Counted from the stretch's first letter, positions 47,733 through 58,258 are shown. The stretch is DNA of 64,000 nucleotides from Desulfovibrio sp. UCD-KL4C (GCF_006210265.1 NZ_VCNC01000007.1:34377-98376); one strand, 5' to 3'. Numbers and translations: made by a program. Notes: generated from the letters alone by a model not told the origin.

Positions 47733-48800
47733 CTATTTGCCTCCAAGACTTTTGAGGATTGGCTCCTCGAAGTCATCGGGAGTGGGGAGGTTGCCAGGCA
47801 GGAATCCGAAGAAGTCAGAATCCGTAATAGTGCGGATTGAAAGGCGGACATCTTCAACCATCTGCCCAAGGTTATGTTCAATCGTTAGGAACTTCTTACC
47901 TTGTTCAGCAAGTTTCTTAAGATCACCGGAAGGGAACGGATAAAGTGTAATAGGTCTAAATAAACCAACTTTATGTCCATTGTTTCTGAGCTTTTTGATG
48001 GTGCTTTTCACTATTCTGCCGATGGAACCGTAGGCCACCACAACAAGCTCGGCATCATCAATTTGATATTCTTCCTGTTGAGTGAATTCTGCCATGTCTG
48101 CATATTTATTTTGCAGATGTTCATGGTGGGCGGCTAAAGAGCCTTCACTGAGGAATAAAGATTTAAGTATACGACCTTTTCGTCCTTTTGCCCCACAGAG
48201 ACGCCAATCATGGCCTTCATTTTCATCTATTTTTTCAGGGGTCCATGGGCTGACTGGTTCTTTCATCTGTCCAAGAATGGCATCACCTAAAATCATGACA
48301 GGATTACGGTATTTAAATGCAAGATCAAATGCTTTGATTACTAAATCGTATGCTTCCTGACATGTTCCCGGTGCCAATACTAAGACTCTGTAGTCACCGT
48401 GCCCGCCGCCTTTTACGGCTTGAAAATAGTCTCCTTGACTTGGGCCGATGTCTCCAAGACCCGGTCCACCTCGGTTCATATTGACTATCACGGTAGGTAA
48501 TTGGCTTCCTGCCAGATAAGAAATGGCTTCCTGCTTCAATGATATGCCAGGGCTTGACGATGATGTCATACTCCTGACACCGCATGCCGCTGCACCAATA
48601 AGCATGTTTGCAGCTGCGACTTCACTTTCAGCCTGTACAAATTCACCGCCTACAGCAGGCAACGCTGCTGACATATATTCAGGGATATCGTTCTGCGGAG
48701 TAATGGGGTAGCCAAAGTAGCATTTGAGCCCTGCGGCTATAGCTCCGCGGGCAATGGCCTCATTGCCTTTGATAAAAAGTTTTTCACCGTTTTTTGACAT
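47733..48800 (-). CDS. 2-oxoacid:ferredoxin oxidoreductase, alpha subunit
   Basis: 355 aa. GNEAIARGAIAAG...YPITPQNDI pattern. Confidence 0.9.
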   Translation of the reverse strand: MSKNGEKLFIKGNEAIARGAIAAGLKCYFGYPITPQNDIPEYMSAALPAVGGEFVQAESEVAAANMLIGAAACGVRSMTSSSSPGISLKQEAISYLAGSQLPTVIVNMNRGGPGLGDIGPSQGDYFQAVKGGGHGDYRVLVLAPGTCQEAYDLVIKAFDLAFKYRNPVMILGDAILGQMKEPVSPWTPEKIDENEGHDWRLCGAKGRKGRILKSLFLSEGSLAAHHEHLQNKYADMAEFTQQEEYQIDDAELVVVAYGSIGRIVKSTIKKLRNNGHKVGLFRPITLYPFPSGDLKKLAEQGKKFLTIEHNLGQMVEDVRLSIRTITDSDFFGFLPGNLPTPDDFEEPILKSLGGK

Positions 48801-49034
48801 TTACTCTGCTCCTTTGGCTTTTGGGGTCCTGTAGACGCGGATGGCCACGTCAGGACACATAAGAGCACAGGAAGTACATCCTGTACACTTATCCATGTCT
48901 TCAGCCGGAACTTCTGCTACTTTGTAGCCGTGCTGATTGAAACGGTCGGATTGCCTTATAATTTGCTTTGGACAGGCAACAGTGCAAAGAAGGCACCCTT
49001 TACACTGTTCTTCCAAAAATTCAACTCGGGACAT
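48801..49034 (-). CDS. 2-oxoacid:ferredoxin oxidoreductase, delta (2x[4Fe-4S] ferredoxin) subunit
   Basis: 77 aa. CKGCLLCTVACP and CTGCTSCALMCP cluster motifs. Confidence 0.85.
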   Translation of the reverse strand: MSRVEFLEEQCKGCLLCTVACPKQIIRQSDRFNQHGYKVAEVPAEDMDKCTGCTSCALMCPDVAIRVYRTPKAKGAE

Positions 49035-49061
49035 CCTGAACTCCTGTTACCGTGATAGAAA

Positions 49062-49081
49062 AGCCCGTGATTAAACGGGCT
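49062..49081 (-). terminator. hairpin in the queA-to-oxidoreductase spacer
   Basis: On the minus strand: agcccgt-ttaatc-acgggct followed by tttct. It lies only ~27 nt upstream of the delta-subunit ATG. Confidence 0.35.
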
Positions 49082-49198
49082 GTAAACCACTACGGACTTT
49101 AATAATTTTGACCAGCCTATAGTATAAGCTGATTATTAATTAGGAGCGTATAATGAAATTAAGTTGGGTGCAAACTTTTGGAGTATTTTTAGCTCATT

Positions 49199-50299
49199 TT
49201 ACTTGATGTACATCGAATCACCATAAGAAAAAAATCTGAATTTATTCTCTATAGCTTTTTGATATGCATTCAAGACGTTATCCCTGCCTGCAAGGGCTGA
49301 GATCATAATAACAAGAGAAGATTCCGGTAAGTGAAAATTAGTTATCATGCGATCTACAACTTTAAATTCATAACCGGGGTAGATAAAAATATTTGTTTCC
49401 CCCTTAAATTCACAGATTGCACCTGTCTTTTGAAAAGATCCTTCAAGTGTTCTGGCAGAAGTTGTGCCGACTGCAATTACAGGACGGCCTTCATCTTTAG
49501 CTTTTTGAATTGCGCGGGCTGTTGCGTCAGGAATTTCAATGTACTCGCTATGCATTTCATGTTCGCGGATGTCTGTGGTCCTTACAGGGCTGAAGGTCCC
49601 GTACCCTACATATAAAGTGACTTCCACTTTTTCTATATTTTTCTCACGCAGTCTGTCTTCAATTTCTTTTGAAAAATGAAGACCTGCTGTCGGAGCGGCA
49701 ACTGATCCGGCTTTATCGTCACAGGCATATAGTGTTTGGTATCTTGTGGAATCACTTTCATCGGCTGCACGTCTTATATATGGGGGGAGTGGAATTTTCC
49801 CGCAAGTTTCAAATATTTCTTTTAAACTTCCTTCCCATTCAATTTCGACTTCTGAAAGCCCGAATTGTCCTTTACCTAAAACAGTAAGCTTCATTGAGCA
49901 GTCGAATATTACTTCGCTACCTATTTTTGTGGCTTTTGAGGAGCGTAGCAATCCTTTAACAATAGCTTTATTGCCTTCAGGAGTAATTGTTGGTTCAATT
50001 AAAGGAATAGGTGTAAGCAGTAAAAATTCAACTTTGCCGCCAGAAGGTTTCTTGCCGAAAATTCTGGCAGGGATAACTTTTGAATTATTTGCGACAAGTA
50101 AAGCTCCTTCAGGTAAAAGATCAGGAACGTCAGTGAATAATTTAAGTTCTGTTTCACCTGTAACTTTATCTAAAACCATCAGTTTGGAACCGTGTCTTTT
50201 TTCGGTAGGGCATTGTGCAATGCGTTCTTCCGGTAATTCAAAATCGTAACTTTCTAAATTTAAATTTTTTGGAATTCTCTTCATTTTTTCAGTTTTCAT
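49199..50299 (-). CDS. queA: S-adenosylmethionine:tRNA ribosyltransferase-isomerase
   Basis: 366 aa. YDFELPEERIAQ, PLPPYI, AAPTAGLHF and VGTTSARTLE motifs. Confidence 0.93.
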   Translation of the reverse strand: MKTEKMKRIPKNLNLESYDFELPEERIAQCPTEKRHGSKLMVLDKVTGETELKLFTDVPDLLPEGALLVANNSKVIPARIFGKKPSGGKVEFLLLTPIPLIEPTITPEGNKAIVKGLLRSSKATKIGSEVIFDCSMKLTVLGKGQFGLSEVEIEWEGSLKEIFETCGKIPLPPYIRRAADESDSTRYQTLYACDDKAGSVAAPTAGLHFSKEIEDRLREKNIEKVEVTLYVGYGTFSPVRTTDIREHEMHSEYIEIPDATARAIQKAKDEGRPVIAVGTTSARTLEGSFQKTGAICEFKGETNIFIYPGYEFKVVDRMITNFHLPESSLVIMISALAGRDNVLNAYQKAIENKFRFFSYGDSMYIK

Positions 50300-50431
50300 T
50301 ATTGGTGATAATCTGGTAAGAATCTTTCGAACAAGTAAGATGACTCTTTTTAAGGTGTCATTTTTTGTTTGATTGTACGTTTAAATATGTCGTTCTATTC
50401 TCACGTTGATCATGAACTTACGGATTATACT

Positions 50432-51109
50432 ATGAAATGGTTATCAGTTGCGGAAATATCCAAGATTACTATGATTCCTGCTCCCACGGCAAGGCGTTAT
50501 GCTTCGCTGTTCAAGGAGTACCTTTCCTGTAGAAAAATGGGCAGAGTAACAAAATACCCAGAATCTGCAGTTGAAATTTTTAAGCGTATAGTTTTCCTTT
50601 ATAATGATGGTCTGGTGACCACTGAGATAGAGGAAATGCTTCGCTCTGAATATCCTCGTACTATTGAGGTCAGTTCAACTGAACGGTCCGTTGCTGCTCA
50701 GCCTTCAATGAATGTTCAGGCCGAGCTTAGCGGTGCTTTTTCAGAAATGATGGCGAATATGGCAAAGTCACTTGAAGTTGTTGCCAATCAAAAGTCAATC
50801 ATTGATGAACAGCGCGAAGATATATACAAACTCAAAAAAGCATTTGTTCTTCTTGCTCGCAGTCAAAAAAAAATCAAGGCTCTTCCTCAGCTTGACATAA
50901 GTTTGATTGCCGAGGGATACGACGAAAGAGCTACCGCTCTTGAACAGAAAGATGTCGAACTTGAAGAAGTTACTTCTGAGTTAGCTCAAGAAAACAGCAG
51001 CTTGCGAACTAAAGTTGATGTTATGGAAGCCGAGCTGGTCAGGCTTCGTCGTGATCGTAGAGAGATGGAAAATTATTTTCTTGATAAAATAAAACGTCTT
51101 AACGGTTAG
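50432..51109 (+). CDS. hypothetical protein: MerR-type HTH + long coiled coil
   Basis: Start uncertain: ATG 50432 is chosen because the HTH begins at MKWLSVAEISKIT, and the ORF track starts at 50369. The C-terminal ~130 aa are heptad-rich (EQREDIYKLKK...LRTKVDVMEAELVRLRRDRREMENYF). The N-terminus parallels the 19320-20270 protein. Confidence 0.55.
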   Translation: MKWLSVAEISKITMIPAPTARRYASLFKEYLSCRKMGRVTKYPESAVEIFKRIVFLYNDGLVTTEIEEMLRSEYPRTIEVSSTERSVAAQPSMNVQAELSGAFSEMMANMAKSLEVVANQKSIIDEQREDIYKLKKAFVLLARSQKKIKALPQLDISLIAEGYDERATALEQKDVELEEVTSELAQENSSLRTKVDVMEAELVRLRRDRREMENYFLDKIKRLNG

Positions 51110-51279
51110 ATTTATTTGAGACAATTTATTTTTGGCTTTCTTGTATGTAGAAAAAGTCTAGAAGATATTTTTGTTATGCTTTATATAAGGCGTAAGTTGG
51201 TTGAAGTTTATCTTTTAAGGCATTAATTTAAATGTAATTATTATAACATGACTTTGTTTTAAATACTGAAGGAGTAGCT

Positions 51280-51771
51280 ATGCGCAATGTGTTAAGATTA
51301 TTAATTATTTCAATATTTGTTATGCAGCTTTTTGCTTGTGTAGGAGTTAGAACAACAAGCTCAGAAGAACCTGCTGTTGCTGCTGTCGGGGCAAGTGAAA
51401 CTTATGAAGAATTTGTACCTTATACTGAATTTGACGATATCGCCGTTCCTAATGAGCTAAGCCGTGTGCCTGAGAGAACCTTTATTTATGAAAATAAAGA
51501 ATTCAAGACAGGCATGATAGTAATGAAAGGGCGCGTTGAAAATCAGTCTCTAATCGACTTTTTCGTTAATCAGATGGCAAAAGATAATTGGACAAAAGAA
51601 AGCTCTATAATTTCAAGTATGTCTACTTTGGTTTTTCATAAAGATTACAAAAGCTGCATGATCCGTATCACTGACGGTGCATATAACACTGAAGTTGAAA
51701 TTTATGCGGTTGAACTTAAAGCTGAATCCATGCGCGATAGTGGCGGGGTTCAAGAGCAGAATATAAAATAA
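51280..51771 (+). CDS. hypothetical lipoprotein
   Basis: 163 aa. Signal peptide plus lipobox IFVMQLFAC. Its stop overlaps the coaBC start. Confidence 0.6.
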   Translation: MRNVLRLLIISIFVMQLFACVGVRTTSSEEPAVAAVGASETYEEFVPYTEFDDIAVPNELSRVPERTFIYENKEFKTGMIVMKGRVENQSLIDFFVNQMAKDNWTKESSIISSMSTLVFHKDYKSCMIRITDGAYNTEVEIYAVELKAESMRDSGGVQEQNIK

Positions 51772-52982
51772 TGAATGAACATCTAAGTTTTGATTGTTTT
51801 TTAGGAAAACGGATTCACCTTGGAATTTGTGGAAGCGTTGCAGCTTATAAGTCTTTGGATCTTTTGCGAATGTATCGCAAGGTCGGGATAGAAGTCAGCG
51901 CAACTCTAACTTCAGGTGCACAAGAATTTATCAAGGGCCTCAGTTTTGAGGCCCTTGGTGCTTTTAAAGTCTGGGATTCCATGTTTCCGGCTGGAGATGA
52001 AATTTTCGGTCATCTTGAACCTGGGCAGGCTGCGGATGCTATGGTTATAGCCCCTGCGACTGCTTCAACTCTTGCACGCATGTCTAACGGCTTAGCTGAT
52101 GATATGCTCTCCTGTCAGGCTCTTGCTTTTTCAGGGCCTAAACTTGTTGCTCCTGCTATGAACCCGGCTATGTGGAATGCTCCTGCTACTCGTGATAATT
52201 GTGCCTTGCTTGCAAAGCGCGGGGTAGAATTTATCGGTCCTGATTGCGGAGATGTCGCCTGTGGTGATCATGGGAGTGGACGCTTGGCCCCGCTGGAATC
52301 TATTTTTACTCATTCGCTTAAAGCTGTTTCACCAGATGATATGAGTGGAAAACATGTGCTGATTACACTTGGGCCTACTCGCGAAAAATGGGATGCTGTA
52401 AGATTCTGGTCTAATCCTTCGTCGGGACTTATGGGAGCTTGTATTGCGATGGCAGCTTGGCTCAGAGGAGCTAAGGTCACTGTTGTTTCAGGACCTGTTA
52501 AGTGGTGGTTTCCCGAAGATATAAATGTGATTAAAGTTGACAGTGCCCAGCAGATGTTTGAGGCCGCTACTGATGTTTGGCCTGAGTGTACAACCGGGTG
52601 TCTCACTGCCGCTGTTGCGGATTTTTGTCCCGTTCCACACGGTGACAGCAAATTTAAAAAAGCTGGACAGGAATCTCTCTCTGTCAGCTTTGAGTCTAAT
52701 CCTGATATTTTGAAAACTATTGGCTCCATGAAACGGCATAATCAGGAATTAATCGGTTTTGCAGCCGAAACTTCTGATATAAAAAAAGCTGCTGCCGGAA
52801 AACTTAAGGCAAAAAATTTAGATTTGATAATTGCTAATCCTATAAATAAGCCGGGGGCAGGATTTGAGTCTTCCACAAATTCTGTTTATGTTTTAGATAA
52901 ATCTGGCCGGACCGAAGAATGGCCTAATCTTCCAAAAACAGAAATAGCGTGGCGAATATGGGATCTCCTTCTGCAGAATTAA
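51771..52982 (+). CDS. coaBC: bifunctional phosphopantothenoylcysteine decarboxylase / phosphopantothenate-cysteine ligase
   Basis: 403 aa. Flavoprotein N-terminus (ICGSVAAYKS, PAMNPAMW) and CoaB C-terminus (ITLGPTREKWDAVRFWSNPSSG, AAVADF). Confidence 0.93.
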   Translation: MNEHLSFDCFLGKRIHLGICGSVAAYKSLDLLRMYRKVGIEVSATLTSGAQEFIKGLSFEALGAFKVWDSMFPAGDEIFGHLEPGQAADAMVIAPATASTLARMSNGLADDMLSCQALAFSGPKLVAPAMNPAMWNAPATRDNCALLAKRGVEFIGPDCGDVACGDHGSGRLAPLESIFTHSLKAVSPDDMSGKHVLITLGPTREKWDAVRFWSNPSSGLMGACIAMAAWLRGAKVTVVSGPVKWWFPEDINVIKVDSAQQMFEAATDVWPECTTGCLTAAVADFCPVPHGDSKFKKAGQESLSVSFESNPDILKTIGSMKRHNQELIGFAAETSDIKKAAAGKLKAKNLDLIIANPINKPGAGFESSTNSVYVLDKSGRTEEWPNLPKTEIAWRIWDLLLQN

Positions 52983-53785
52983 ATGTGCTTGAAAGCCTCA
53001 GGCCGTGGTATCAAAACGGCTTGAGTTTTATATTTAAAGACGCTTTGCCTGGTCTTGCTCAGATTGAGCAGGCAGCGAAGCAGAAGAATATAAATACGGG
53101 TAGTAGCCCGAAGTCCTCTTCTTTGGGTGCTCAGCTGCCCGGACAGCAAATCCCGAGACCGTCACATCAGAATTCTCCGCAGACAAATACCCATGGGCCG
53201 CAATCTTCTTCTGTCAACAGGGCTGAAGCTACGCCGATGCCTAGCCAGCTAAAGCAGTCAACTCCGCCTTTAAAGCCTTCACGTATTCCTCCCAGACCTG
53301 TTAAGGAACAGGCACAACCTATGTGTCATCCTGATGCCGGTTCATGGCCTGATCCGTGGTGTCAGCTTGCCTCGCGTATAACTAATCGTTTGCAAATTTT
53401 TTGGACCTATCCGCAATTGGGGCAGGATCTTTCCGGTAACGCTGACCCTGCAAGGCGTAAACTTTTTCAGTCTTTGATCGGGTACATGGGGCTTCCCAAA
53501 GGAGCTATTTCTTTTTGGCCTTGCACCGCTTGGAATGGAAACAGCCTTGAAAACAGACCTGATATTTTCTGGAAAGGTGTGGAGTCTTATGGAGTAAAAT
53601 TTGTTGCATGTTTTGGATCACAAGGACTTTCAATAATTGCTCCTGATGCGCCATCCGGAGCATCCTCTGCACATGTTAACGGGATACAGGTCGTCGTTTT
53701 GCAAGATCCTGACCTACTAAAGGTTCTCCCTGCCGAAGAGCAGCAGCTTCTTTCTATTCCCCTTTTACGGCTTCCTCTTTTTTAG
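52958..53785 (+). CDS. hypothetical protein: Pro/Ser/Gln-rich linker + degenerate uracil-DNA-glycosylase-superfamily-like C-terminus
   Basis: Start uncertain (ATG 52958 or GTG 52949), and either one overlaps the coaBC end. The middle ~90 aa are low-complexity (SSPKSSSLGAQLPGQQIPRPSHQNSPQTN...). The C-terminal ~150 aa loosely follow the family-4 UDG layout but have TYPQLG and LQDP in place of the catalytic motifs. Confidence 0.5.
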   Translation: MGSPSAELNVLESLRPWYQNGLSFIFKDALPGLAQIEQAAKQKNINTGSSPKSSSLGAQLPGQQIPRPSHQNSPQTNTHGPQSSSVNRAEATPMPSQLKQSTPPLKPSRIPPRPVKEQAQPMCHPDAGSWPDPWCQLASRITNRLQIFWTYPQLGQDLSGNADPARRKLFQSLIGYMGLPKGAISFWPCTAWNGNSLENRPDIFWKGVESYGVKFVACFGSQGLSIIAPDAPSGASSAHVNGIQVVVLQDPDLLKVLPAEEQQLLSIPLLRLPLF

Positions 53786-53975
53786 CTGTAAACGGCAGGT
53801 ATCGATTTTATGTTCATTTCTACGTAGATTAGATTTTTTCAAAATGAATTGTCGCATCTTTTAATTTTTGAATTATTCATCCTTTCTACTTCTTCCATTT
53901 TAAATTTGCTTTGTTTATTTATCCACATTTGTTTAGCATGATGGATTACGAAAGCAATAAACAGGGAGAGTTTGC

Positions 53976-55289
53976 ATGCTTCTTATAAAATATTTCAAAT
54001 CTATGTGTTCATGCATGATTATCACACTTGTGATTATCATATTAATGTCAGGTGCAGCTTGTGCTGGAGAGACCTTAAAAGTTCTATATGGTCAGATGGA
54101 AGGAGCTATAACTCCTGCTCAGGTCAGTCTGCTTGATGGGATTATTAAACAGGCTGTTGATGATGAAGATGATCTGATACTATTACGACTTGAAACTCCC
54201 GGTGGGCTGACAACTTCTATGCGTAAAATTGTCAAAATGATGATGAATCCACCAGTTCCTATCTGTTTATGGGTTGGGCCTGAAGGGGCGCATGCTGCCT
54301 CTGCAGGAACGTTTTTGGTTGCTGCTGCCAATGTTTCTGCTATGGCTCCAAGTACGACTGTCGGTGCTGCTTCTCCAGTGTCATCATCCGGTGATGATCT
54401 GCCAGAGGCCATGAACAAAAAAGTGACAAATGATTTAACCAGTCTGATCAAGGGAGTTGCTCGTAAAAGAGGCAGGAATATCAACTGGTACGTTGATTCA
54501 GTAAGTAAGGGGGCAAGTCTTGATGCTCAAGAAGCGGTCACGCTAAACGTTGTCGATTTTATAGCTGTTTCTCCTTATGATTTTTTTGAACAGCTAGGCG
54601 CAAAGGGTATCCTTATAAATGGTCAGAACGTTAAATTTTCTAAGGACGGGTTTACACTTGTTGATTACGAAAACGGCCTAAGTTATTCTGTCCTTTCGTG
54701 GCTACTTGACCCGCAGGTCGCTTACTATTTGTTGATAGCTGGAATTCTTGGAATATTTTTTGAGTTGGTTACGCCAGGAGTCATCCTTCCAGGTGTTGTC
54801 GGAGGTTTTTGTCTCGTTACTGCCTTTTATGCTATGTCTATTCTTCCTACCAATGCGGCAGGGCTGCTTTTAATGCTTTTGGGCGGTATTCTGTTTATTT
54901 TGGAAATATTTGTAACAAGTTACGGCTTGCTCAGCGTTGCCGCTGCAATAAGTCTTTTTGTCGGCTCATTGGTGCTATTCAAAGGAGGAGAAGTGCAACA
55001 GATACCGCTAGGGTCAATTATCGGTACAGTTTTATCTTTTTCTGTTTTTGCCGTTGTAGTTGTGTTTCTTGTAGCAAAGGCTCATTCTCGTAAACCTGCG
55101 GTTGGTATGCAGGGTATGGTTGGTTTAGAAGGTGAAGTTTTTCGCACTTTTAATAATAAATTAAAAGTCAGAGTTCGTGGTGAAATTTGGAATGCAGTTA
55201 ATGCTGATGGTGCTGGTTTAGAATTGGGATCAAAAGTAAAAGTAATAAGTGCTGAAGGATTAACTTTGACAGTGACTCGAATATCTTGA
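53976..55289 (+). CDS. NfeD-family membrane-bound serine protease
   Basis: 437 aa. ClpP-like N-terminal domain (RLETPGGL...GAHAASAGTFL), multi-TM middle, and C-terminal NfeD OB-fold (VRVRGEIWNA). Confidence 0.85.
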   Translation: MLLIKYFKSMCSCMIITLVIIILMSGAACAGETLKVLYGQMEGAITPAQVSLLDGIIKQAVDDEDDLILLRLETPGGLTTSMRKIVKMMMNPPVPICLWVGPEGAHAASAGTFLVAAANVSAMAPSTTVGAASPVSSSGDDLPEAMNKKVTNDLTSLIKGVARKRGRNINWYVDSVSKGASLDAQEAVTLNVVDFIAVSPYDFFEQLGAKGILINGQNVKFSKDGFTLVDYENGLSYSVLSWLLDPQVAYYLLIAGILGIFFELVTPGVILPGVVGGFCLVTAFYAMSILPTNAAGLLLMLLGGILFILEIFVTSYGLLSVAAAISLFVGSLVLFKGGEVQQIPLGSIIGTVLSFSVFAVVVVFLVAKAHSRKPAVGMQGMVGLEGEVFRTFNNKLKVRVRGEIWNAVNADGAGLELGSKVKVISAEGLTLTVTRIS

Positions 55290-55317
55290 TTTTAACTTTG
55301 ATTAACGGAGGACTGTT

Positions 55318-56106
55318 ATGACTTATATGGTACCTGCAATTCTTTTTCTGGTTTTCTTTCTTATAACTTCTCTTAAAGTTTTAAATGAATATGAGCGCGG
55401 TGTCATTTTCAGGCTCGGTAGAGTTATCAATTCTAAAGGACCAGGGCTTATCATTTTGATTCCTATTATTGATAAAATGGTACGTGTCTCGCTTAGAATT
55501 ATGACACTTGATGTGCCAAGTCAGGACGTCATAACTAAAGATAATGTCAGTATTAAAGTTAATGCAGTTATTTATTTTAGAGTTACTGACCCGACTAAAG
55601 CTATCTTGGAAATTGAGGATTTTATGTTTGCCACTTCTCAGCTTGCCCAAACCACCTTGCGTAGCGTATGTGGAGGCGTCGAGCTTGACGATATCCTTTC
55701 TCAAAGGGAAAAAATTAATGGTGAGATTCAGGAAATTCTGGATATTCATACAGACCCTTGGGGAATTAAAGTAAGTACTGTTGAACTTAAATATGTAGAT
55801 CTTCCGCAGGAAATGCAGAGGGCTATGGCCAAGCAGGCTGAGGCTGAACGTGAACGTCGAGCCAAAGTCATTAATGCATTGGGTGAATTTCAGGCCGCGG
55901 AAAAACTTACGCAGGCCGCTAAAATTATTTCAGCTCACCCTGAAGCTTTGCAACTCAGGTACCTACAGACACTCCGTGAGATGTCTGCTGAGGGTAAATC
56001 TTCTACTATAATCCCGCTTCCCCTTGATTTGATGAGGATGTTGGCACAGGGTGCCAGCAGTGGGGAGTTAATCAAAAAAAACATCCAAGAGAGTAACGAA
56101 GAATGA
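55318..56106 (+). CDS. SPFH/stomatin-family (slipin) protein
   Basis: 262 aa. N-terminal TM plus SPFH domain ([11 protein letters not shown]...[14 protein letters not shown]...) and a coiled-coil tail. Paired with nfeD as is usual. Confidence 0.9.
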   Translation: MTYMVPAILFLVFFLITSLKVLNEYERGVIFRLGRVINSKGPGLIILIPIIDKMVRVSLRIMTLDVPSQDVITKDNVSIKVNAVIYFRVTDPTKAILEIEDFMFATSQLAQTTLRSVCGGVELDDILSQREKINGEIQEILDIHTDPWGIKVSTVELKYVDLPQEMQRAMAKQAEAERERRAKVINALGEFQAAEKLTQAAKIISAHPEALQLRYLQTLREMSAEGKSSTIIPLPLDLMRMLAQGASSGELIKKNIQESNEE

Positions 56107-57110
56107 AAGTTCTTGTAACCGGAGCAGCCGGATTTATCGGCTTCCACCTTTCTAAACGCCTTCTATCAGAAGGTCATGAAGTAGTCGGTCTTGATATCTT
56201 AAATGATTATTATGACGTTCAGGTCAAAAAGAACCGCCTTAAGCAAATAGAAAATCACGAAAAGTTCACATTTGCTTATTTGGACATGGCTGATAGAGAA
56301 GCTATGGCTAAATTGTTTGCTGATCATCAGTTCACACATGTTGTTAACCTTGCCGCTCAGGCAGGTGTTCGCTATTCCCTTGAAAATCCTCAGGCATACA
56401 TTGATTCTAATGTTGTTGGTTTTATGAATATTCTTGAAGGATGTAGACACAACGGCGTTAAGCACCTTGCCTACGCTTCTTCAAGTTCTGTTTATGGACT
56501 TAACACCAGCATGCCGTTCAGTACTCATGATAACGTTGACCATCCGATATCTATGTACGCCGCAACTAAGAAGTCTAATGAATTGATGGCTCATTCATAC
56601 AGCCACCTTTTCAATATCCCAACAACAGGGCTTAGATTTTTTACTGTCTACGGACCTTGGGGAAGACCAGATATGGCTTTGTTCCTCTTTACTAAAGCCA
56701 TTGTGAATGATGAGCCTATCAATGTTTTTAACCACGGAAAAATGCTTCGTGACTTTACTTACATTGATGACATTGTTGAAGGGGTTGTAAGAGTTCTTAA
56801 GAATACAGCTCAGCCAAATCCTGACTGGTCCGGGGACGCTCCAGATCCTTGTACAAGCCCAGCTCCATTTAGAATTTATAATATCGGTAACAATCAGCCT
56901 ACAGAGCTTATGCGTTATATTGAAGTTCTTGAAGAATGCCTCGGCAAGAAAGCAATTAAAAATATGATGCCTTTGCAAGCAGGGGATGTACCTTGCACAT
57001 ATGCTAATGTTGATGATCTTGTTAAGGATGTAGGCTTTAAACCTTGCACCACAATTGAAGAAGGAATTGCTAAGTTTGTTGCATGGTATAAAGAGTACTA
57101 CAACGTTTAG
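56103..57110 (+). CDS. NAD-dependent sugar-nucleotide epimerase (UDP-glucuronate 4-epimerase-like)
   Basis: 335 aa. GAAGFIG Rossmann motif and YAATK catalytic motif. Confidence 0.88.
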   Translation: MKVLVTGAAGFIGFHLSKRLLSEGHEVVGLDILNDYYDVQVKKNRLKQIENHEKFTFAYLDMADREAMAKLFADHQFTHVVNLAAQAGVRYSLENPQAYIDSNVVGFMNILEGCRHNGVKHLAYASSSSVYGLNTSMPFSTHDNVDHPISMYAATKKSNELMAHSYSHLFNIPTTGLRFFTVYGPWGRPDMALFLFTKAIVNDEPINVFNHGKMLRDFTYIDDIVEGVVRVLKNTAQPNPDWSGDAPDPCTSPAPFRIYNIGNNQPTELMRYIEVLEECLGKKAIKNMMPLQAGDVPCTYANVDDLVKDVGFKPCTTIEEGIAKFVAWYKEYYNV

Positions 57111-57138
57111 TTTTTTCTTTTTTTAGTTTGATTTTTAT

Positions 57139-57165
57139 GGCCGCTGTTATCAGCGGCCTTTTTTT
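57139..57165 (+). terminator. rho-independent terminator after the epimerase gene
   Basis: ggccgctg-ttat-cagcggcc followed by a 7-T run. Confidence 0.85.
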
Positions 57166-57347
57166 GTTTATGATGATCAGCTAATTTTTTGTAGCGATTT
57201 TATTTTTTTAATCTTTTTTTATAGCTATTTGTAACTGATTATGTCGTGATTGTTATGAAATAAGGTTCTTTTTTGTTTTTGATTTCTTGATTTAAATAAA
57301 ATTTCAGTCTAATTTTCTTTACATGTTTTAGATCAGTTTTTGGCGTG

Positions 57348-57365
57348 ATGTTTCACGTGAAACAT
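57348..57365. promoter_or_regulatory. parS: parS centromere-like site
   Basis: atgtttcacgtgaaacat is an 18-bp perfect palindrome. Its 16-bp core tgtttcacgtgaaaca is identical to the canonical chromosomal parS consensus. It lies 35 bp upstream of the parA start. Confidence 0.88.
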
Positions 57366-57399
57366 GAAAATTGGAATCTCATGAACAAGGTGGTTTCCT

Positions 57400-58188
<789 letters not shown>

Positions 58189-58192
58189 AAAA

Positions 58193-58220
58193 AGGCCGAC
58201 TAATGTCGGCCTGATTTTTT
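58193..58220. terminator. bidirectional terminator directly after parA
   Basis: A-run, then aggccgac-taat-gtcggcct, then gatttttt. Confidence 0.8.
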
Positions 58221-58258
58221 CAAGATGAGATTGGTAAATAGATTCTAAAACTTATTTG

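Noticed and set aside
50150-50165. parS-like 16-mer tgtttcacctgtaact inside queA
   Set aside because: It has three mismatches to the consensus, including the central CG, and so is probably a chance half-site.
49746-50249. 167-aa plus-strand ORF inside queA
   Set aside because: Antisense shadow ORF of a well-supported gene. It is Ser/Leu-rich and has no recognisable motifs.
53919-53927. Perfect DnaA box ttatccaca in the AT-rich spacer upstream of nfeD; further perfect boxes at 4151-4159 and 15153-15161
   Set aside because: These are isolated single boxes, two of them inside coding sequence. About this many are expected by chance in 64 kb of AT-biased DNA, and there is no cluster or adjacent unwinding element, so I do not call this oriC.
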